Source: Malacoraja senta
Taxonomy: Eukaryota
Length of the DNA: 64,000 bases
Assembly (NCBI GenBank): GCA_038087875.1
Contig: CM075998.1
Span: forward strand, 3,412,001 to 3,476,000
Direction of reading: 5' to 3'
The notes under the pieces: model-generated
What the model saw: the letters and a program-made list of their open reading frames with translations, nothing else
Databases searched by the model: none
Told to the model about the DNA's origin: nothing
Shown here: positions 54,601 through 64,000 of the stretch, piece by piece
How positions within the stretch are numbered: position 1 is the first letter of the stretch
How the letters are laid out: each line of letters starts with the position of its first letter
Program-made: the position numbers and the translations under genes

Positions 54601-57600
54601 GTAGTTCCTGAGGATTGGAGGGTAGCAAACGTAACCCCACTTTTTAAGAAGGGAGGGAGAGAGAAAACGGGGAATTACAGACCAGTTAGTCTAACATCGG
54701 TAGTGGGGAAACTGCTAGAGTCAGTTATTAAAGATGGGATAGCAGCACATTTGGAAAGTGGTGAAATCATTGGACAAAGTCAGCATGGATTTACAAAAGG
54801 TAAATCGTGTCTGACGAATCTTATAGAATTTTTCGAGGATGTAACTAGTAGAGTGGATAGGGGAGAACCAGTGGATGTGTTGTATCTGGACTTTCAGAAG
54901 GCTTTCGACAAGGTACCACATAAGAGATTAGGATACAAACTTAAATCACACGGTATTGGGGGTTCAGTATTGATGTGGATAGAGAACTGGCTGGCAAACA
55001 GGAAGCAAAGAGTAGGAGTAAACGGATCCTTTTCACAATGGCAGGCAGTGACTAGTGGGGTACCGCAAGGCTCAGTGCTGGGACCCCAGCTATTTACAAT
55101 TTATATTAATGATCTGGACGAGGGAATTGAAAGCAACATCTCCAAGTTTGCGGATGACACTAAGCTGGGGGGCAGTGTTAGCTGTGAGTAGGATGCTAGG
55201 AGACTGCAAGGTGACTTGGATAGGCTGGGTGAGTGGGCAAATGTTTGGCAGATGCAGTATAATGTGGATAAATGTGAGGTTATCCACTTTGGTGGCAAAA
55301 ACGGGAAGGCAGACTATTATCTAAATGGTGGCCGATTAGGAAATGGGGAGATGCAGCGAGACCTGGGTGTCATGGTACACCAGTCATTGAAAGTAGGCAT
55401 GCAGGTGCAGCAGGCAGTGAAGAAAGCGAATGGTATGTTGGCCTTCATAGCAAGAGGATTTGAGTATAGGAGCAGGGAGGTTCTACTGCAGTTGTACAGG
55501 GTCTTGGTGAGACCACACCTGGAGTATTGCGTACAGTTTTGGTCTCCAAATCTGAGGAAGGACATTATAGCCATAGAGGGAGTGCAGAGAAGGTTCACCA
55601 GACTGATTCCTGGGATGTCAGGACTTTCATATGAAGAAAGACTGGATAGACTTGGCTTATACTCGCTAGAATTTAGGAGATTGAGAGGGGATCTTATAGA
55701 AACGTACAAAATTCTTATGGGGTTGGACAGGCTAGATGCAGGAAGATTGTTCCCGATGTTGGGGAAGTCCAGGACAAGGGGTCACAGCTTAAGGATAAGG
55801 GGGAAATCCTTTAAGACCGAGATGAGGAAAAACTTTTTCACACAGAGAGTGGTGAGTCTCTGGAACTCTCTGCCACAGAGGGTAGTTGAGGCCAGTTCAT
55901 TGGCTATATTTAAGAGGGAGTTAGATGTGGCCCTTGTGGCTAAGGGGATCAGGGGGTATGGAGAGAAGGCAGGTACGGGATACTGAGTTGGATGATCAGC
56001 CATGATCATATTGAATGGCGGTGCAGGCTCGAAGGGCCGAATGGCCTACTCCTGCACCTATTTTCTATGTATCTATGTATCAGGATCAGCTTCAAGTGGG
56101 ATCCTTACTGTAACCTACCACACAGGGTCAACGTTTGTATCACAGTCTGTGAAGAATTATTTTGCATTTACAGTCATAGATAGTAGGCCATGAAACAGGC
56201 CCTTTGGGCCAAGTTGTCATGCTGACCAAGATGCCCCTTCTAAGCTAGTCCTATTTACCTGCATTTGGCCTTTCCTATCCATGCACCTGTCCAAGTGTCT
56301 TTTACAGTACCTTCCTCAACTACCTCCTCTGGCATCATGTTCCATCTACCAACCACCCCGAGTGAAAAAGTTGCCACCCAGGTTTGTATTAAATCTTGCC
56401 CCTCTCACCTTCAACATATGTCCACTAGTGGTTGATTCCTCTATCCTGGGTAAAAATGTCCCCACGTTGGGTAAAGTCTTTAATGTCTTACAGCACGAGT
56501 CTTGCTGCAGAAAACCTTGTGGGAGTTGTACAAGAGAGTAATCTGACAGTGAACGGAATCTCTCTGGAGATGTCCTCGTACAAAAAGCACTGAAGTCCTC
56601 ATTCAACTTCCACAATGTACTTTCTTTAGGAGGGATAGATTGCTACCAGCAAAGCCAAGTCCAAGTACAGCCTTACCATTCCCAGGTTTTTCCAGAAGTC
56701 AGGACTCTCCTCTTTCCCTCGCAAACTGGGAGGGATGTACCAGAAGCAGACATTAACACACTGAGGCTGCAAGAGAGGAGTTTTTACATGATCAAAGCCC
56801 CATAAAATAAAAATCATACTTATTAAAATAAAACCACACACATCCAAAAAGAATGGCCCAAAGAGAAGACACAGATTGGAACAGAATTAGGCCATTCAGC
56901 CCATCAAGTCCACTCCACCATTCAATCATGGCTGATCTATCTTTCCCTCTCAACCCCATTCTCCTGCTTTCTCCCCATAACCCCTGACACCCGTACTAAT
57001 CAAGAATCTGTCCATCTCCACATTAAAAATATCCATTGACTTGGCCTCCACAGCCGTCTGTGGCAAAGAATTCCACAGATTCACCACCCTCCGACTAAAG
57101 AAATTCCTCCTCATCTCCTTTCTAAAAGGTACATCCTTTAATGCTGAGGCTGTGGCCTCTAATCCTAGCCTCTCCCACCAGTGGAAATATCCTCTCCAGG
57201 GGGTCAGGTTGGTTGGTTGGTGTGGGGGGGGGGGGGGGGGGGTTGGTTGGTGTGTACCAAGCAGATAATGGGAGACAGGAGGGACAAAAAGATCAGTGAG
57301 CATGTGGTATACGAGAATTTTTCAGAACAGTCTGTGACCCATAGTGTTATGTTTATAATAACCCGTAGCGCTGCGGCCGGTAGCACTATATTTAGAACCC
57401 ATAGCGCTGCAGCCGACAGCTCTTTGTTTAAATTCCCACGCATTAAGCCGACGGTGCTCTATTTAAACCTTTGCGCACCAAGTGTGTAGCACTGTGTGCA
57501 TTGATTTGCGCGCCAAGTGTGTAGCGCTGTGTATTGCTTTACGCGCCAGTCTGCGGCTGATAGCGCTTTGTTCCCGGGGGGGGGGGGGGGGGCTCGCTCG

Positions 57601-60600
57601 GATTCAGTCCCCTGCCATTGGTTATAGTTTGAATTTGGAAGCAGCACTATTGGCCAGGACATACCTGCGGTTATTTCAACAGTTGATTCCTTACCTGTAT
57701 AAAGGCAGGCGCCAGTAAGCCAGAAGTTAGTTCATGTATGAGAGGGGTTCACCAACGGGCTGATTCACGATCAGGACAGAGGCAGAGAGGGAGAGAGAAA
57801 GAAAGAAAGGAGAGGAGAGAGAGGTGTGCTGCTGTAAAACTGACCCCGCGCAGACCGAGACAAGCATTGGTTTTTTCCTCTCTTGCCAATACATCTGATT
57901 TGTAACGAAACAGACGAGTGAGCCTTTTTCCGTTCTACTAGTCAGATCCTTATACCCTTTGTAACAGCATGAAGCTCAGTTATTCAGAGGAAAATAGGGC
58001 AAAGTTGGGGCTCAATTAGCTTGGTAAGGGTGCAGGCATTTTCCAGTCATTCCTTAAGGCTGGGAGAAAAAATTCAGTGTGGACATTTCAGTACATTGTA
58101 TTCCTCCACATGGAGTAGAGAGCCACTCGTTACAGTTAAAAGCAACTTCAAACAGATACCATACCCCAAATAGTCAATGATGTTATGGCAAGAAAAATCA
58201 TAAATCATGGAATACCTGTATTAGAGTTGAGTCACTTTACCTCCATCAGTAGTCGAAACCCTGCCCTCCGTTTCATCTCATTGACCAGGTACCTGAAAAA
58301 TTCAAAAACACAAGAAAGGGTCCTTGATATACAAGGGACAGGCAGTCAATGCTTACAGTTGAATGTAAAACGTTATTGATTGGGGACGATCAGCCATGAT
58401 CACAATGAATGGCGGTGCTGGCTCGAAGGGGCGAATGGCCTCCTCCTGCACCTATTGTCTATGTTTCTATGTTGCACATGCTAGTCAGAGCCATTCAGTG
58501 TGGAGTCAGGCCTTGCCCCATCCACACTAGTCGCACCTGCCTGCATTTGGCCCACATCCCTCCATACCTATCCTGTCCATGCACCTGTCTAAATGTTTCT
58601 TAAACATTGCAATAGTACCCGTCTCAACTACCTCCTCCGGCAACTCGTTCCATACACCCACCACCCTTTGTGTGAAAAAGTTACCCCTCAAGTTTCTAGT
58701 AAATCTTTCCCCCTCCCCCCTCACCTTACACCTGTCCCCCGGTTCTCGATTCCCCTACTCCGGGCGAGAGAATGTGCGTCCACCTGATCTATTCCTCTCA
58801 TGATTTTATACACCTCTATAAGATCACCCCTCATCCTCCTGCGCTCCAAGGAAGGGAGTCCAAGCCTGCTCAACCTCTCCCTATAGCTCAGTTTGTGGGG
58901 GTAGGCTGTGCATAAACCAGCATCTACCACATCGGAGACCCTTGGACTTTGATCGGACTTTACCTTGCACTAAACATTCCCTTTATCATGTATCTACACT
59001 GTGGATGGCTCAATTGTAATCATGTATTGTCTTTCCGCTGACTGGTTAGCTCGCAACTAAGCTTTTCACTGTAGCTAAACTATAAACTAAACTCATAACT
59101 CAATTCCTACACAAAGAAGGGTCTCGAACTGAAATGTCACCTATTCCTTTTCTCCAGAGATGCTGCATGTCCCGCCGTGATACTCCAGCACTCTGTGTCT
59201 ATATTGGATTGGTTAAGTCTGGATGGGCATGGCCCCGACCACCACACCAACCTGGTGCAGGCAAAGGCACGGTCAACTCTTTGCTCCAGCCCTCGAGTCC
59301 CAACAGCCTTCCACATCAGCCACAGCTTGAAGCAATCCACCTTCCGGCCACACTGAAGCGACTTGTCCCCAGTGTCGTAGCCGACGTCGTAGAACTTGTC
59401 TGGCTGGAAGAGGTAACCCGCTTTGGCAGAGTGACACTTCTTCATGAGGCCCTGGAGAGCGGCAAAACCCAATGGTTGAGCAAGAGTGTTACAGGTCTGA
59501 TCTTTGTGTGAAAAAGTGACCCCTCAAGTTTCTAGTAAATCTTTCTAGTAAATCTTATTTAAAAAATAAGATTGTTAAGGGCTTGGACACGCTAGAGGCA
59601 GGAAACATGTTCCCGATGTTGGGGGAGTCCAGAACCAGGGGCCACACAGTTTAAGAATAAGGAGTAAGCCATTTAGAACGGAGACGAGGAAACACTTTTT
59701 CTCACAGAGAGTGGTGAGTCTGTGGAATTCTCTGCCTCAGAGGGCGGTGGAGGCCGGTTCTCTGGATGCTTTCAAGAGAGAGCTAGATAGGGCTCTTAAA
59801 GATAGCGGAGTCAGGGGATATGGGGAGAAGGCAGGAACGGGGTACTGATTGGGGATGATCAGCCATGATAGCTGGCTCGAAGGGCCGAATGGCCTACTCC
59901 TGCACCTATTGTCTATCTTGTGGAAATAGAAACTCCAGCTATTAACTAGATACAGTTGAAGGAACATGACATTGAGCCACAAGATTCCTCTGTGCTTTGT
60001 AGAAGACAAGCAGGGGGTCTCAAATGCAACAACTGCATCTCTGCAGAGGTAGCGAGTCAATTGCTCCCTGATAGCCAAAGGCAAGAAGTCAACTTTAGCT
60101 CTGACTTGGATGGGAAGGTCCTCTTCACTGGCCAGCCCTATAGTGGATTGCATGGAGACCCAGGATCTCTCATTGTATTTTATGCCATTGTGGTGGTATA
60201 GAACAGTTTGTGGAACCTGTACACTGGAATAACATGGTCAAGGTGGCAATATAGATGAATGACCGGATTGTACGCAGAAGACTGCAGTGTTGAAGTCACT
60301 GCAGTCTCAGATCGACATTGTGGGAATTATAGATAGACACAAAATACTGGAGTAACTCAGCGGGACAGGCAGCATCTCTGGAGAGAAGGAATGAGTGACG
60401 TTTGGGGTCGAGAACCTTCTTCAGACCTAAAAATGGGAATTAAAATGGACACACTTGGGGACAGGCATGGATGGGTCCAATCGACCCGTGTCGACAGGGC
60501 TGACTACTTTGTTTGACCACCAGAAAGGTTAATGTTTAAAATTGGGTCGGAGCTGAAGTAATAAGAGTGATTAAGCTTTTTAAAAGTTTGTTTAGTGATA

Positions 60601-63444
60601 CAGCGTGGAAAAGGGCCCTTCAGCCCACAGAGTCCACACCGACCAGCGATCCCCATACACTAGTTCTTACACACTAGAGACAACTTACAAAAGCCAATTA
60701 ACTTACAAACCTGCCCGAGGTTAATTCCCGGGATGGCGGGACTGTCATACGTTGATAGAATGGAGAGACTGGGCTTGTATACTCTGGAATTTAGAAGGAT
60801 GAGAGGATATCTTATTGAAACATAAGATTAAGGGTTTGGAAACGCTAGAGGCAGGAAACGTGTTCCCGATGTTGGGTAGGTCCAGAACCAGGGGCCACAG
60901 TTTAAGAATAAGGGGTACGCCATTTAGAATGGAGATAAGGAAAAACTTTTTCACATGGAGGGTTGTGAATCTGTGGAATTCTCTGCCTCAGACGGCAGTG
61001 GAGGCCAATTATCTGGATGCTTTCAAGAGAGAGTTAGATAGAGCTCTTAAAGATAGCAGAATCGGGGGATATGGGGAGAAGGCAGGAACGGGGTACTGAT
61101 TGGGGATGATCAGCCATGATCACATTGAATGGCGGTGATGGTTCAAAGGGCTGGATGGCCTACTCCTGCACCTCTTGTCTATGGAATGTTGGAGGAAACC
61201 AGAGAAAACCAGAGAAAAATTCCACGCGATCTCAGGGGGAAGCGTATAAAGTCCATACAACCTACGGTGTCATCGTTGAGCAGGAAGGCTGAACACTGCA
61301 GCCCCACCTGTAGCATTTTGTGTGGGTTCCAAGCAACAGAATTGGCCCTAGGAAGACAGCAAAGCATCAGTGTCAACATGTCCAGGTGCTCAGCCCTCAG
61401 TTATCTCATCAAAACAGGTTATTGAACAAGACCATACATCTTCAAAGAAGAGTTTGGGGCGAGATTACATGCAGTGCCGAAAGATCACACAAAACACACA
61501 TTCACCTCAGTGTCTGAAGACCGAAGGGTCTCAACCCGAAACGTCACCTATTCCTTCTCTCCAGAGATGCCGCCTGACCCGCTGAGTTACTCCAGCGTTG
61601 TGTGTCCATCCAAGAACACCCGCAGCCATGCTGTTGAAAGGTTCACTTGAGGGAATGTTCTTCTTTGCAGATACTGGAGTGAGCCAACACTCAAGATGCA
61701 AATACATAGGAAGGAACTGCAGATGCTCGTTTATACCGGAGATGGACACACAAAGTGCTGGAGTAACTCAGCGGGGCAGGCAGCATCTCTGGAGAGAAGG
61801 AATAGGTGACGTTTCGGGTCGAGACCCTTCAGAAGAAGAGACCCACTGAGTTACTCAAGATACAAAGTGGCCAACACTTCTGAAGTAGGGAGCGCCAAGC
61901 AAAACAAAACGAACATATACCAGTACATGCTTCCAGATGAGTTCAACAGTGGACATAGCTGCCCCTGTAGCAGTTCCTACCTTTCAATCCCAGTCAGCAG
62001 GTGCCGGTGTTTCCTGGAAAATAAGACACTTCCACCCCAGGCTGCCTGTTACAGAGAGAGAGGGAGAGAGAAGAATGGGAAATTGCAATGGCCGCCCAAA
62101 GCATAACTTTCAGGATAATATCCAACTCCATTCAAGTGCGGCACGGTGGTGCAACAGTAGAGCTGCCGCCTCACAGCGCCAGAGACCCGGGTTCGATCCC
62201 GACTATGGGTGCTGTCTGTACGGAGTTTGTACGTTCTCCCCGTGACCTGCGTGGGTTTTCTCCGGGTGCTCCGGTTTCCTCCCACACTCCAGAGATGTAC
62301 AGGTTTGTCGGTTAATTGGCGTCGGTAAAAATTGTGAATTGTCCCTAGTGTGTGTAGGATAGTGCTAGTGTGTGGGGATCGCTGGTCGGCGGTGGGCCGA
62401 AGGGCCGGTTTCCACACTGTATCTCTAAACTAAGCTCACATCCTTGAACGAAGAAGTCCACACATCCTTAACACAGCTCTTTCAAAGCAGTTTCTAATCT
62501 ATGTCTGAAGTAAAGAACTATTAAAGTCATAAATTGTCATCCTACACAGCAGTGTTTAAGAAGGAACTGCAGATGCTGGAAAATAGAAGGTAGACAAAAA
62601 TGCTGGAGAAACTCAGCGGGTGCAGCAGCATCTATGGAGCGAGGGAAATAGGCAACGTTTCGGGCCGAAACGTTGCCTATTTCCCTCGCTCCATAGATGC
62701 TGCTGCACCCGCTGAGTTTCTCCAGCATTTTTATCATCCCACACAGCAGCCCTCCTTCTCCTTTTAAATACACTGTTCAGATGCTCGAAATAGTCTAAAA
62801 ACAAAAAATACAGGAAATACTTAACAGGTCAAACCACATCTGTGGGAAGTAAAACAAAATGAGGCCTTTGAGCTTTTAACAAATGAGCTAACATTTCAGG
62901 TCGAAGACTTTTGTACTCCTGCAGATAGATATTTATTTGTTGTCATTTGAACATAAGTTCAAACGAAATTCAAATGAAACGTAAGTTCAAACGAAACTCG
63001 ACATTTCCAGTACTTTTAGTGTAGTTTAAAGATACAGCGCGGAAACAGGCCCTTCGGCCCACCGAGTCCGTGTCGACCAGTGATCACCGCACGCAAACAC
63101 TATCCTACACACACATGGGACAATTTAACCAAGCTAATTAACCCACAAATCTGCAAGTCTTTCAAGTGTGGGGGGGAAACCGGAGAAAACCCACGCAGGT
63201 CACGGGGAGAAGGTACAAACTCCGTACAGACAGCGCCCGTAGTCAGGATCGAGCCCGGGTGTCTGGCGCTGTGAGGTAGAGACTCTACCGCTGCGCCACC
63301 GTGCCGCCCCTATCAACATCAACTCACATCAACATGAAACCAGATTCCTTCTTTTTCACAAATATCTGCAATTTCCGGCAGAGGATCAAAGGCTCCAAAG
63401 ACTGTTGTTCCAGATGTGGCATTCACCAGGAATGGAACTGCCCC
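51440..63444 (-). CDS. CSAD: Cysteine sulfinic acid decarboxylase (CSAD; GADL1-like alternative), 3' part only; exons 63444-63328, 62045-61981, 61347-61266, 59451-59252, 58292-58241, 56766-56677, 51622-51440; 5' exons lie beyond the window
   Basis: Seven GT-AG exons join in frame. Group II PLP decarboxylase motifs [26 protein letters not shown] (PLP lysine), [27 protein letters not shown]. Adjacent to a ZNF148/281/740-family gene, as CSAD is in mammals. Confidence 0.8.
51716..52475 (+). mobile_element. Non-autonomous element, same family as 17490-18845 (3' part also at 46870-47057)
   Basis: Starts gggacgccgcacgatggcagcctcgc; ends aaaacatacttggctattaaagcatgattatgat. Confidence 0.75.
52486..56080 (+). 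mobile_element. Young CR1-clade LINE, 5'-truncated: ORF1 esterase tail, ORF2 (APE + RT) with one nonsense codon, 3' tail
   Basis: ORF1 [10 protein letters not shown]...DGLHLN; ORF2 [47 protein letters not shown]. Track ORFs 53023-55191 and 55216-55986 are in the same frame, split by TAG. Ends in ctatgt-type repeats. Confidence 0.95.
53023..55986 (+). pseudogene. CR1 ORF2 endonuclease/reverse transcriptase interrupted by a single TAG (55189-55191)
   Basis: Reads [17 protein letters not shown] across the stop. Confidence 0.9.
56677..56766 (-). CDS. CSAD: CSAD-like exon, 90 bp ([30 protein letters not shown])
   Basis: ctcttgcag|CCTCAG...GGAATG|gtaagg. Confidence 0.92.
57305..57966 (+). mobile_element. 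Solo LTR (662 bp) with 5-bp target site duplication GCATG
   Basis: TG...CA termini (TGGTAT / GTAACA); GCATG at 57300-57304 and 57967-57971; tandem repeats in the 5' part, ATTGG boxes at 57617 and 57649, TATAAA at 57698, AATACA near 57888. Confidence 0.8.
58241..58292 (-). CDS. CSAD: CSAD-like exon, 52 bp ([17 protein letters not shown])
   Basis: tttttcag|GTACCTG...ATGGAG|gtaaag; phase fits both neighbours. Confidence 0.9.
59252..59451 (-). CDS. CSAD: CSAD-like exon, 200 bp
   Basis: ctctccag|GGCCTC...ACCAG|gttggt; [49 protein letters not shown]... Confidence 0.93.
61266..61347 (-). CDS. CSAD: CSAD-like exon, 82 bp, carries the PLP-binding NPHK
   Basis: cttcctag|GGCCAAT...GACACC|gtaggt; [27 protein letters not shown]. 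Confidence 0.92.
61981..62045 (-). CDS. CSAD: CSAD-like exon, 65 bp ([22 protein letters not shown])
   Basis: ctctgtaacag|GCAGCC...GAAAG|gtagga. Confidence 0.92.
62136..62435 (+). mobile_element. HE1-like V-SINE
   Basis: Full head-to-tail match to 10406-10722. Confidence 0.85.
62553..62733. mobile_element. Penelope-end fold-back insertion with a perfect 68-bp-arm palindrome and ~16-bp TSD
   Basis: Arms 62596-62663 and 62665-62732; flanks tcatcctacacagcag (62537-62552) and tcatcccacacagcag (62734-62749). Confidence 0.85.
63015..63310 (-). mobile_element. HE1-like V-SINE abutting a CSAD splice donor
   Basis: Reverse-complement match to 62136-62435. Confidence 0.85.
63328..63444 (-). CDS. CSAD: CSAD-like exon, 117 bp ([39 protein letters not shown])
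   Basis: ctgctttcag|GGGGCA...GTTGAT|gtgagt. Confidence 0.92.
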
Positions 63445-64000
63445 CTGAAAGCAGAATACAACCAACTTTAGGCAGACTGGTCATCCTAACATTACAAACC
63501 ACATGCAAGTAAATGCGTCCCTGAGCTAATGGTGCCCCCTGCTGGTGTTTTACTTGCATTGCTGGCTGGATTTGATGATACTGCTAAGATATCGTGCTCG
63601 CACCATCCTTGACCGACTTTGCAAACATCAGACTGCCAGACAACAACAACTCTCCCCATCAGAAACAGCCACACACAAACTCCCCAGAATTAGAACTCTT
63701 CCATTTGAGATGAGAATCATAGCAATCCCATACAACAGAACAGTGCAGCACAGAACTAGGCCCCACTTTACCTTACTGATAACTGTCTGAAGAAGGGTTT
63801 CGGCCCGAAACGTTGCCTATTTCCTTCGCTCCATAGATGCTGCTGCACCCGCTGAGTTTCTCCAGCATTTTTGTGTACCTTCGATTTTCCAGCATCTGCA
63901 GTTCCTTCTTTAACACTTAGCCCTTCGGCCACAATGTCCCCGATGTAAACTAACCTCTGCCTGCTTGTGCTCCATACCCCTCCACATCCACGCACCTATC

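Overview
Repeat-rich vertebrate genomic DNA, most likely from a cartilaginous fish (skate/ray), judging from HE1-type V-SINEs, CR1/HER1 LINEs and Penelope remnants. Two spliced genes lie in tandem on the minus strand. The first is the 3' seven exons of a PLP-dependent acidic amino-acid decarboxylase (CSAD, with GADL1 as the alternative), 63444->51440. The second is a complete six-coding-exon, 828-aa ZNF148/ZNF281-family gene with four C2H2 fingers (43471->2385), driven from a CpG island at about 47.2-48.1 kb. Most remaining sequence is transposon-derived: a nearly intact CR1, a solo LTR with a 5-bp TSD, Harbinger MITEs, Penelope ends carrying minimal hammerhead cores, and RTE, Rex1, L2 and R2 relics. 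Highlights: (a) a ~38-bp tandem array seeded from the zinc-finger exon/splice-donor junction, spread through ~7.7 kb of the last intron; (b) a full four-finger ZNF148-type gene at the CSAD-adjacent position that truncated ZNF740 occupies in mammals; (c) a 5x27-bp coding repeat in an exon the ORF track misses. Comparisons to human proteins are from memory, not from a search.
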